NCBI GenBank assembly: GCA_918797485.1
Contig: CAKKNE010000001.1
Coordinates: forward strand, 2,418,001-2,482,000
Length of the DNA: 64,000 nucleotides
Reading direction: 5' to 3'
DNA from: Pelagomonas calceolata
Lineage: Eukaryota
The notes below the pieces were generated by a model. It worked only from the letters and a program-made list of their open reading frames with translations, searched no databases and had not been told where the DNA came from. A program made the translations under genes and the position numbers. Numbering within the stretch: the first letter of the stretch is position 1; each line of letters opens with the position of its first letter. Below are positions 10,395-19,309 of the stretch, piece after piece.

Positions 10395-10907
10395 ATGCGC
10401 CTCGCCGTCGCCGCGCTGGCGGTGAGCTGCACCCAAGCCTTTGCACCGCAGCAGCCACGCCGCGTCGCGAGGCCACTGTACGCGTCGCCGCAAGTCGTCG
10501 AGGCGGCCAAGAACCAGGTCGCGGCGTTCAAGGAGTCGCACGGCGGCCACGTCTGCGACGAGTTGAAAGCTCTCGAAGCGGCCATCTCGAAGGACGAGGC
10601 GACGGAGGAGATCGGCGCGAAGATGTACGAGTTGCTGTGTACGTCTCTGTTGGACTACGATCGTGATGAAGCAGACGAAAATAAATTAGTGCCCTCAGCG
10701 TCGAAGGGCGAGGTCATCCCGAAGGACGCTCCTGGACTAGTGGAAGTGATGACCAATTTGTATGTCTACGGCATCCGCATGATCCCGTCTGGCTTCATCG
10801 AGGTCGACCGGTGCAAGGAGATCGTCGAAGAAAGATTAGCGAAGCGCGTGGGCATGACCGGTGAACAGTTGGACGATTGGTTGGACGTGCCGGACATGGG
10901 GGTATAA
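10395..10907 (+). CDS. plastid-targeted hypothetical protein
   Basis: Signal peptide ending TQA-FAP (ASAFAP-type bipartite targeting), then a transit-like region. Confidence 0.8.
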   Translation: MRLAVAALAVSCTQAFAPQQPRRVARPLYASPQVVEAAKNQVAAFKESHGGHVCDELKALEAAISKDEATEEIGAKMYELLCTSLLDYDRDEADENKLVPSASKGEVIPKDAPGLVEVMTNLYVYGIRMIPSGFIEVDRCKEIVEERLAKRVGMTGEQLDDWLDVPDMGV

Positions 10908-10920
10908 CTATGAGCTACTT

Positions 10921-11442
10921 TTAGGGTGCGCAGGCCCGTCGCGGGTTCCGTCGCCGTTGCACCGTCTCGAAGCCGTCCTCGTCGATGATGGGCAGCGGCG
11001 CGGGGGCTGGTGCGACGACGACCTCCTCGGCCTCCCCCGCTTCGTCCTCGCGGCCCTGACTTGCGTCCAGTGAAGACGCCTGTTGTTGCACGTACACCAA
11101 AGCGTTCGCCACGTTCCCCGCACTGCACTCGGCCCGCAGCCTCAGAATAGTTCTCGAGATCTCCTCCACAGAACCATCTTCCGCCTGGGCGTTGAAGGTG
11201 CTTTCGATCGCGTCGTGCAGGACGTCCGCGATTTCCGATTCGTCGGGCACCCGTCTCACCGAGGGAGCCACCATCTCCAGAACACGTGTGACCAGCGCGT
11301 CGGCCTTTTGGGCCTCGTCGCCGTCGGCCCACCCCTGGTCGACCGCGAGTCGCAGCAGCGTCCATCTTGAGAATATGGCTCGCACCGCGTTCGCGAAGAT
11401 CTCGGCCGCGTCCACGGGAGCTTGCTGGGCGAGGGCGCTCAT
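10921..11442 (-). CDS. TSR2: pre-rRNA-processing protein TSR2
   Basis: FSRWTLLRLAVDQGW, FNAQAEDGSVEEI, C-terminal DEDGFETVQRR. Confidence 0.88.
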   Translation of the reverse strand: MSALAQQAPVDAAEIFANAVRAIFSRWTLLRLAVDQGWADGDEAQKADALVTRVLEMVAPSVRRVPDESEIADVLHDAIESTFNAQAEDGSVEEISRTILRLRAECSAGNVANALVYVQQQASSLDASQGREDEAGEAEEVVVAPAPAPLPIIDEDGFETVQRRRNPRRACAP

Positions 11443-11891
11443 CGTTTCTTGTGCTCGTGAGCGATACAAGCAGCAGTGTGCAGTGTAGCTTTGGGGCCCA
11501 CCCGAGTGGGTAGGACGGCAGTGCGTCGACAGGCGTGCTGCGCGGCACCAGTGCGCAGCTCTCGTCGATAACTGCAGCCTGTATACGCCGTTTGATGCTG
11601 CAAAGCGCTCACAGCCTAAGCCGGAGCTAGCGTGGTACGAGCTCTAGGCCAAGCGCCGAAGCCGAATCGCGAGAGAGCTTTGCTCTGTTGGTCTCGCTGT
11701 TACTGAGCTGCGGTCAGGACTGAGAGTAGCCCTCGTGCCACATCTCTGCACCTCACGTAGCCTTGCGGCCACCGCTCGCCACACCCACAGCTGGAGCCCC
11801 AAGGCTCGCTCGGTCGCAGCGCGCGCCGCGGCGAACCAAATTATCCTAGCTCGACGCCATCGCAGCGCGAGGCCGGTAACAGACAGCAGCC

Positions 11892-14800
11892 ATGGCCGCC
11901 CTCGCCTTCGAGGACATCGCCCCGGGCAAGGCGGAGCCGCAGATCGACGAGGACCTCGAGAACCTGCAACTGGAAGATCCCGAGCCGGCGCCGCCCTGGG
12001 CCTGTAGCTATTGCGGGCTCGCGGATCCGGCCTGCGTCGCTAAGTGTGTTGATACCGGGAAATGGTTCTGCAACTGGTCCGGAGGGACTTCTGGCTCGCA
12101 TTTAGTGCAGCACTTGGTCCGAGGCAAACATAGGACCGTATCGTTGCACAAGGACTCCCCATTGGGTGATACTGTATTAGAATGCTACAACTGCGGGTGT
12201 AGGAACGTCTTCGTGATTGGCTTCGTGCCGGCCAAGGCCGACTCCGTAGTAGTTTTACTGTGTCGCGGCTGCGTCGAGGGCGTTCCTAGTCTCAAGAGTA
12301 TGGACTGGGCGTTAGATGAATGGCTACCGCTCATAGCTGATAGAAGGTTCTTACCGTGGCTGGTGCGAGAGCCGGAGGAGAGGGATACGATGCACCTGCG
12401 ACCGCCGACGGCCTCCCAAATCAGACGCTTGGAGGACCTGTGGGCCAAGAAGCCCGACGCGGATTTGAATGATTTGGATTTAGATGAAGAGGGCCAGGCC
12501 GACGTCGAGCCGGTAAGACTCGCCTACGACGACGGCTATCACTACCAGAACGTGTTAGCACCCCTCGTCAAGCTCGAGGCGGACCACGACAAAGCCCAGG
12601 TCGCCCAGAAGTCCAAGGAAGATGTTTCCGTAAGATGGGAGCGCGGTCTCAGTAAGAAGCACATTGCGGTGTTTCGGATCGACGACCGGTCGTCAGCTTC
12701 TTATGTCGGCATGTCCGATGAACAACATAAATTACAGGTAGGAGACGAGATGGGGCTGCGATTGAATTCCGGCGGCATCCGCCAGAGAGGCAAGAAGTGG
12801 GAGGCCACGGGGAAGGTCGTGAGGTATACGGAGGGCGAAGTCGCGTTGGAGATAAGGGGCGACTGTCCCACCACGATCGAAGAGGCTTCTTATATTGTCG
12901 ACTTTGTGTGGAAGGGCACGTCGTTTGACCGGATGCAGGGAGCGCTGAAGACGTTGGCCGTCGAAGACGCTTCCTTGTCTGGCTACTTGTACCATCGACT
13001 GTTAGGCCACGACGTCGAACCTCAAGTGTTGAAAGGTAGCAAAGAACCGGCGAAGGAGGTGCCTGGGCTACCCGCCTTGAATCCTTCGCAAGCTTCGGCC
13101 GTCAGAGCTGTTGTGAGAGAACCGCTAGCTCTGATCCAGGGACCGCCCGGCACCGGAAAGACCGTCACGAGCGCAGCTATTGTGTACCACATGGCCAAGC
13201 AGAAGTTGGGACAGGTGCTAGTTGCGGCACCTTCCAACATCGCGGTGGATCAATTAACAGAGAAAATTCACGCTACCGGATTGAAGGTAGTACGGTTAGT
13301 AGCCAAGTCGAAGGAGAACGAGCCGAGTCACGTGGACCACTTATCTCTACATGTGGTGTTGAGACACGTCGACGCCCCGGAGGTCGCTGAATTAAGAAAG
13401 CTCACGAAACTAAAAGAAGAAACGGGCGACCTCACGATGCAAGATCTGAAGCGGTTCAAGCGGTTGAAGGCCCAGGCCGAACGGGCCATTTTGAAGGCCG
13501 CAGAGGTCGTCTGCTGCACGTGCGTGGGCGCCGGCGATCCTCGATTAGCCGGTATGAGATTTAAACAAGTGCTGGTCGACGAGGCGACCCAAGCGACGGA
13601 GGCCGAGGCGTTGGTGCCTCTCGTGCTGGGCGCCAAGCAGTTGGTCATGGTCGGGGACCACCAGCAGTTGGGGCCGGTGGTCACTTGTAGCGACGCGGCC
13701 AAGGCCGGCCTAGGTCAAAGTCTTTATGAGAGACTGATCGCCCTCGGCTTGCGACCGATTCGATTAGAAACGCAGTACCGGTGCCACCCCGCGCTCAGTG
13801 AGTTCCCGTCGAACATGTTCTACGAGGGCCAGCTCCAGAACGGCGTGTCCGCGAACGAGCGGCGGGCCGACTGGCTCGCGGCTCCGGATCCGATCCCGGG
13901 CGCCGAGCCCGTCGAAGCGAAGGGCGAGCCCTTCCCCTGGCCGAACCGCGACGCGCCGATGATGTTTTATGATTGTGCGGGGTGTGAAGAGTTGTCGGCG
14001 TCGGGGACGTCGTTCTTGAATCGATCCGAGGCCGCCGCTATTGAAAGAGTCGCGACGCATTTCCTGAAGGCGGGCCTGGAGGCGGACCAATTGGGCGTGA
14101 TCACGCCGTATGAAGGCCAACGGGCCTACGTGCGCCATCACCTGGAATGTTCGGGGTCGTTGCCGGCCTCGGCTTATGAACACGTGCAAGTGGCGTCCGT
14201 GGACGCGTTCCAGGGCCGCGAGAAGGACGTGATTATTTTGAGCTGTGTGCGGTCGAACGAGCACCAAGGTATTGGCTTCTTGAGCGATCCGCGGCGGCTG
14301 AACGTCGCTCTCACACGCGCGAGGTACGGTTTGATCTTGCTCGGCAACGCGCGCGTGCTGGCCCAGGATCCGCTGTGGCACGCCCTGCTCACGCACATGC
14401 AGTCGAAGAATTGCCTCGCCGAGGGCACTCTCGCGAACCTGAAACCGTCGCTGGTGCAGTTGCCGAGACCTAGACGGGGCGGCCGCGCCACGGAGAACCG
14501 GCTGCGGCGGACGGCCCTCGGCAAGCCCGAGGGGTACTTCGACCAGGCTCGGGGCGATTTCAGGGACGACCACTGGGCCGGCGACGTGCGAGATCCGGAC
14601 TACGACCGAGAGAATGTTCCCAGGAGGGAGCGCCGCTCGAACTACGGCGGCGGCGACGGGTTTTACGGCGGCGGCGTGCCGGGGGCCTCGAACTACGACG
14701 ATTCGTACGGCTACGGCGGCTTCCAGTCGCAGTCGCAGAGTCAAGCCTTCGGGGGCTCGCAGGGTGGGTACTCGCAATCCCAAGGCGGCTATTCGCAGTC

Positions 14801-14894
14801 GCAGTCGGGCTACGGCTCGCAGCAGGGCTACTCGCAGTCGCAGGACGGGTATGGGTATTCGCAGTCCCAGGGCTCGCAGGACATGCACTACTAG
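11892..14894 (+). CDS. UPF1: regulator of nonsense transcripts 1 (UPF1 helicase)
   Basis: CH-rich zinc domain (CSYCG...KWFCN...SHLVQHLV...LECYNCG); GPPGTGKT, DEATQ, QYRCHP, DAFQGREKD, RRLNVALTRA; SQ-rich C-terminus. Confidence 0.97.
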   Translation: MAALAFEDIAPGKAEPQIDEDLENLQLEDPEPAPPWACSYCGLADPACVAKCVDTGKWFCNWSGGTSGSHLVQHLVRGKHRTVSLHKDSPLGDTVLECYNCGCRNVFVIGFVPAKADSVVVLLCRGCVEGVPSLKSMDWALDEWLPLIADRRFLPWLVREPEERDTMHLRPPTASQIRRLEDLWAKKPDADLNDLDLDEEGQADVEPVRLAYDDGYHYQNVLAPLVKLEADHDKAQVAQKSKEDVSVRWERGLSKKHIAVFRIDDRSSASYVGMSDEQHKLQVGDEMGLRLNSGGIRQRGKKWEATGKVVRYTEGEVALEIRGDCPTTIEEASYIVDFVWKGTSFDRMQGALKTLAVEDASLSGYLYHRLLGHDVEPQVLKGSKEPAKEVPGLPALNPSQASAVRAVVREPLALIQGPPGTGKTVTSAAIVYHMAKQKLGQVLVAAPSNIAVDQLTEKIHATGLKVVRLVAKSKENEPSHVDHLSLHVVLRHVDAPEVAELRKLTKLKEETGDLTMQDLKRFKRLKAQAERAILKAAEVVCCTCVGAGDPRLAGMRFKQVLVDEATQATEAEALVPLVLGAKQLVMVGDHQQLGPVVTCSDAAKAGLGQSLYERLIALGLRPIRLETQYRCHPALSEFPSNMFYEGQLQNGVSANERRADWLAAPDPIPGAEPVEAKGEPFPWPNRDAPMMFYDCAGCEELSASGTSFLNRSEAAAIERVATHFLKAGLEADQLGVITPYEGQRAYVRHHLECSGSLPASAYEHVQVASVDAFQGREKDVIILSCVRSNEHQGIGFLSDPRRLNVALTRARYGLILLGNARVLAQDPLWHALLTHMQSKNCLAEGTLANLKPSLVQLPRPRRGGRATENRLRRTALGKPEGYFDQARGDFRDDHWAGDVRDPDYDRENVPRRERRSNYGGGDGFYGGGVPGASNYDDSYGYGGFQSQSQSQAFGGSQGGYSQSQGGYSQSQSGYGSQQGYSQSQDGYGYSQSQGSQDMHY

Positions 14895-15188
14895 GTGGGG
14901 CTTTTGCTTGGTGCTCTTGTTCATTGGCCGCGCCGGCACGTGTCCGGCGGCGGCCCCCGCGCCGCGTTGCGCTATGTCTCGCGCGGCGCCCCGTCTCGGC
15001 TGGCGCGCGCGAGACCCGCCGCCGCCTCAGGGGGTGGTCGCCCGGAGGAATGACTAACGGAAACCCCGGGTGAAATTTTTTCGTGTACTCAGGCTTGGAT
15101 CCCTTCCCCGCCCATTCCCGGAGCGCCACGACGTAACACAGATTCACTTAACTAGAGAACTAGAGTTCGACGCGCCGACCGCCATGTC

Positions 15189-16007
15189 TCACTTGCCAGC
15201 CTTGACCTTCCGTTTGTAGGCGGCGGGGTCCGCAGCCTTCCCATCCTTCCAGACCCCTTTCCGCAGCGTCTTCGCTCGGCCCTCGATGAGGTTCCAGTAC
15301 TCCTCCGTCCGGCCCTGGCCGTATTCCGCGCCCGCGGAGCGGTAGACGGTCGCGAGGCCGTTCGCGAGGAGCTCCTCGGAGAGGTCCTTGCGGAAGAGCC
15401 CGTAGGAGATCTTGGCCACGGCGCGCCCGTACTGGTCCTTCGACTGGAGCGTGACGCGGACGCGCTTGCCTTCGATGCGCTTTACGAATGCCGTCGCCTC
15501 ATCGCCCATCGGCATCCCTTTGTTGCCGAATTTAGCCGTCTCGGGCGCGTCGACGGCGTAGAGGCGGATCTGCAAAGTTTCTTCCGAGAGCTTGAGTTTT
15601 CCTCCTTCCGCGCGGCTCTTCGGGCGCCAGCGGCCGCGGGCGAAGTCCAGAGCCGGCACATGCCTCACCCTCAGCGTATCGCCGTCGGCAACCTTCACGA
15701 CGACCACTGAGAACGCATCGTGATCCTGGAAGCGGTGGTTCGGGATGTCCGCCGCGGTGTGGTAGCGCTCGAAGACGTCCATGACTGGCGCCGCTGCGTA
15801 GAGCCCGGTGCCAAGGCCGATCGCGAGCGCCGCGCCGACGGAAGCGAGCGGGAAGCGCGTGATCACTGCGCGCGTAGCTTTCACGATGCCGCCACCGCGC
15901 AGCGCTTTCATGGTCGTGAGGGTGCGCGTGCGGCCTCTGCTGAAATGAGTGGTCCGGACCAAGGCCTCAGTCGTGGCCAGCACGACTGCAGCGGCGAGAA
16001 CTCGCAT
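15189..16007 (-). CDS. staphylococcal nuclease (SNase/LCL3-like) with signal peptide and TM segment
   Basis: VADGDTLRV, IRLYAVDAPE, DQYGRAVA, LLANGLA; ATG at 16007. Confidence 0.9.
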   Translation of the reverse strand: MRVLAAAVVLATTEALVRTTHFSRGRTRTLTTMKALRGGGIVKATRAVITRFPLASVGAALAIGLGTGLYAAAPVMDVFERYHTAADIPNHRFQDHDAFSVVVVKVADGDTLRVRHVPALDFARGRWRPKSRAEGGKLKLSEETLQIRLYAVDAPETAKFGNKGMPMGDEATAFVKRIEGKRVRVTLQSKDQYGRAVAKISYGLFRKDLSEELLANGLATVYRSAGAEYGQGRTEEYWNLIEGRAKTLRKGVWKDGKAADPAAYKRKVKAGK

Positions 16008-16090
16008 CGATGCGGCACAAGCGTGCCGCAACCCGCGAGAAATTGCACGGATAAGGGAGCAAAAAGGCTGCACTACTGCACAAGAGTTAG

Positions 16091-16111
16091 CTAGCGGCTG
16101 TAAGACACTAG
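16091..16111 (-). promoter_or_regulatory. CTAG-box motif copy (consensus)
   Basis: Minus strand CTAGTGTCTTACAGCCGCTAG, ~85 bp upstream of the SNase ATG. Confidence 0.65.
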
Positions 16112-16183
16112 CAAGCGACTCGTCACAAATCAGGACGAGTCGAAACGCCAGTCGACGCAAGACACGATCTACAGACAAATGAC

Positions 16184-17050
16184 TTACCTACTCGCGCCGA
16201 ACAGCTGCAGCGGCCTCCTCAATATCGCGTGCGTCTCGCCCCAACACCCTGCCTCTTCGGCGGTGACCCGATCCGCCTCGCGCACGCCCGTCAGCGACGT
16301 CGGCTGGAGCTCCGGCAGGTGGCCCTCGGACTCGGTGATGGACCGGAACGACTCGTGGAACTGCGCCGCGGGCGACGTCCGCTCGCAGAGCCGGAACTCG
16401 AGCCCGCACCGCCAGGGCGTGTCCACGACCAACTGGCCCGCATTCGTGCCGTTCTGGCCCACGTGGTCGAAGCGCACGCCGGCCCGTCGTAACTGGTCGG
16501 CCGTGTCCGCGACGGAACTACACCGGAAGACCAGGGCCGCGGCGGACGAAGAGAGCGGCTGGACGCGCCAGTCGACGCCGCCGCTCCGGATGACGCCGGG
16601 CGGCGTGCTCTTCGGCTGGGCCACCCTTCTTTTTACTTCGAAGAACGCGTCCGCCGCGTCGAGTTTCGACGAGGAGACGACGACCTCCCTCAGTAAACCT
16701 TTGCTCGTCCGCGACGCTTCCAGGCGCGCGTCGCGCAGCACGGCCGGCGTCTCGCCCAACAGCGCGTGTCGTGCCAGCCAGGACGACGCGAGCGCTAAGG
16801 GTGCCGGCGAGCTTCCGTCCGGCCCGCTCGCGACGAGGGCGCCCAACCGTGGTGCGTTCCGTAATCGTCGAAGCTCCGAGAGCCAGCTCACCTCTCTCAG
16901 CTCCACTCTGACGTTGTCCGCGGCGGCGACGGCGCGGCAGCCGTGCGCCACGCGCTCCAGTGGAGAGGTGGCGAGGCCCAGTTTCGAGAGCGTGTCCGAG
17001 GCCGCCCTTACGGCTCGTACGGAATCAGTTAACACTGTTAAGCGGAGCAT
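16184..17050 (-). CDS. hypothetical protein, possibly VOC/glyoxalase-like fold
   Basis: ATG-started ORF; LVFRCSSVADTADQLRRAGVRF resembles a VOC beta-alpha-beta motif (weak). Confidence 0.6.
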   Translation of the reverse strand: MLRLTVLTDSVRAVRAASDTLSKLGLATSPLERVAHGCRAVAAADNVRVELREVSWLSELRRLRNAPRLGALVASGPDGSSPAPLALASSWLARHALLGETPAVLRDARLEASRTSKGLLREVVVSSSKLDAADAFFEVKRRVAQPKSTPPGVIRSGGVDWRVQPLSSSAAALVFRCSSVADTADQLRRAGVRFDHVGQNGTNAGQLVVDTPWRCGLEFRLCERTSPAAQFHESFRSITESEGHLPELQPTSLTGVREADRVTAEEAGCWGETHAILRRPLQLFGASR

Positions 17051-17554
17051 GGTACGTGTTTTTCGGGTTCAGGTGCTCTGAGATTGCTTTTGAACGCGGA
17101 CGACGTTAGCTGAAGCTTGGTGCGCCGCTGTAGCACCTTCCTGGCTGTATGTGTCGATGGTTTTTACGAGCGTTGCAATTATTGGCGCGGCGGTCGTGGC
17201 ACTGCGTACTTGGCCTTGCTCGCAGCAGCCGCACGCGCCCATCGTAATGGCACCTCTCCCGTTGGAATGCACGCGTCTGGGAGACGTAGAATACAGGTGA
17301 TGAGGCGCCTGGCTGAGCTGGGGCCGTTTTGGGTTTCAGCACGGGTTTTTTTAGCTCTTTTTTGATTTTTACTTTTTTCGCTATTTACGCCTTCGACGCG
17401 ACCTCCTGTTCTTTGAAATTTCGCCTCATTGGTCACCTGCAAACCAGCTGTCGCTCCTGTGACCTTCGCCGTTGAGGAGCTAACCAGTGCAGCTGTGTGA
17501 GCAGTGTGCAGCGTGAGCTAGACAGATGCAGATGGACCGGTAATATCACCCAAG

Positions 17555-18361
17555 ATGTACCCAAACCCTAGCCCACCGCCTGGCACCCGTCGCCCTCCGC
17601 CGCGGCCCACCGCGCCCGCTCCGCAGATGATGGCGCCGCCGACGCTGCTGACGCCGCTGCCGCCCGGCGCCCCTCCGCCGCCGATGCCGCGCCCGTCGGC
17701 CGCCGCGCTGGCCGCCTACCGGCCCGACGTCCCGGTGCTGGCGCCGCTGCCGCAGTACGCGGCCCTACCAGAAATCGTGCGGGCGCCGCCGGCGCCCTGC
17801 AAGTTCTGGTCCGCGCCGGGAGGCTGCCGCAACGGCTCGGCCTGCCGCTTCGCGCATCCCGTGGCGGGGCGGGCCTCGTCCTACGCTCCGCCGCCACAGT
17901 ACGTTGCGCCGCCGCGACCGACGTACGCGCCGCCGCCTCCGCGGCCCGCGCCGCCGCCGCCGCCCCAAAAGTTCTCGAACGACGGCTCGTTTTTGGAGGC
18001 GATGAAGCGCAAGCTCGCGGCGGCGGCGCCGGCGGCCGCGGAGGAGGCCCCGCCGCCGGCGAAGCGCCCGGCGTCCGCGGCGGCGAAGGCCCGGCGCATG
18101 AAGAAGAAAGCCGAGGCGCCGCCCGCCGCGGCGCCGCGCGGGTCCGGGAGACTAACGCCTGCCGCGCTGACGTTGACCACTCTTGACGATGATGATGATA
18201 TTGTGCCTATTGGTTATGATGATGACGGCGCGCGGCGCGGCGAGGAGGCTCTCTGGAGCGCCAAGGCCGAAGCTGCGGCGCTGAAGGAGGCGACGCGGCG
18301 CGCGCGGTGCGCGCTTCGACGAGCCGAGGCGCCCCCGGCGCGAGACGCAAGCCCGTCCTAA
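17555..18361 (+). CDS. proline-rich CCCH zinc-finger protein
   Basis: CKFWSAPGGCRNGSACRFAH; FSNDGSFLEAMK motif as in TRIR/C19orf43-like proteins. Confidence 0.75.
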   Translation: MYPNPSPPPGTRRPPPRPTAPAPQMMAPPTLLTPLPPGAPPPPMPRPSAAALAAYRPDVPVLAPLPQYAALPEIVRAPPAPCKFWSAPGGCRNGSACRFAHPVAGRASSYAPPPQYVAPPRPTYAPPPPRPAPPPPPQKFSNDGSFLEAMKRKLAAAAPAAAEEAPPPAKRPASAAAKARRMKKKAEAPPAAAPRGSGRLTPAALTLTTLDDDDDIVPIGYDDDGARRGEEALWSAKAEAAALKEATRRARCALRRAEAPPARDASPS

Positions 18362-18398
18362 TTTTGTCCTGTTGTTGATAGATAAGATGTTATACGCA

Positions 18399-18930
18399 CT
18401 ACTTCTTGCGGGGCACGCAAACTCCGCCCTCGAGGCGCTCGGTCCGGAAGTTCTCGCACGTGCGGCGGTAGCCGCCGTCGCCCCCGGCGTTCATCTCCAT
18501 GATGCCGTCGCCCGTCTTCCGGCGGGCGTTCGTGGGCATCTTCTCCGCCACCTTCACCACGACGGCCTCGACGGCGTCGGCGACCGCTTCGGCCGGGGGC
18601 GGCGGGGCCTCCTCGTCGTCGGCGAACGCCACGAGCGGAGCAAGCAGCGTCGCCGGCGCCAGTTTGGCCACGACGAACCGGCGCGACCTGCGTTTGGGAC
18701 GTCGCGTCGACGACAGCGTAAGGTAGTGTTTTTGCACAATTGATCGAGCGGCGCGCGACGTCGTCGAATAGTACTTGTGCCCACCATGCCGATCGCCGCG
18801 ACGCTGCGCCGATCATCGGCATCGGATGTACACGGATGAATCGAGACTCGTTTCAGGACTCTGGACAGCACTGCGTCGGCTGCAGAGCGGCAGCAGTAGA
18901 GAGGAGCAGCGCACAGATCAGTTTAGACAT
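18399..18930 (-). CDS. two-exon plastid/thylakoid-lumen-targeted small protein (exons 18872-18930, 18399-18687)
   Basis: Removing GT-AG intron 18688-18871 joins signal peptide MSKLICALLLSTAAA to twin-Arg SRR...LLAPLVAFA in frame; not in the ORF track as one gene. Confidence 0.7.
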
Positions 18931-19182
18931 TTGATGCAATTTTTTGTTGCGCGTGGGGAAAAGAATGCACGGTAGCACTCCTGATGAATTTTGATGTGAA
19001 GTCGTGTCGCCACTCTCACGCAGCGGCCAATGACACAGAGCTCTGCGAGCGGCCAAACGGAGCGTGTCGCCCCGGCCGCCCCCAAGAACAGCCCTCTCAT
19101 GGGCCCACTGCATCCCTTCCACGACTCCCAAGACAAATCCCGGCTCGACGGGTGCGCAACGAACGACCGTCGCGGACGCGGG

Positions 19183-19245
19183 TCGGCGACCGCGGCGCGC
19201 AGTGTCTCCCCGGGAGGGCTCAGCCCCCTAGTCCTAGCACCGTAA
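19183..19245 (+). repeat. dispersed repeat family 2 (partial copy)
   Basis: ...GTGTCTCCCC...CTAGTCCTAGCACCGTAA shared with 25370-25421 and 46595-46645. Confidence 0.65.
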
Positions 19246-19309
19246 GGGAAAACCAAACGTATGGAGGAGAAATACTAGATACAAATAAACCTATGAATTC
19301 CCCCAAACC

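Noticed and set aside
14720..14880. Tandem DNA repeat near the UPF1 3' end
   Set aside because: Encodes the expected SQ-rich phosphorylation tail of UPF1
13764..14939. 391-aa antisense ORF over UPF1, and similar antisense ORFs over fumarase, UPF2 and the giant helicase
   Set aside because: Expected by-product of high GC3 codon bias; no independent evidence
14895..15188. Possible snRNA/tRNA between UPF1 and SNase
   Set aside because: An AATTTTTT tract and short stems are present, but no cloverleaf, A/B boxes or recognisable snRNA sequence; would need Infernal
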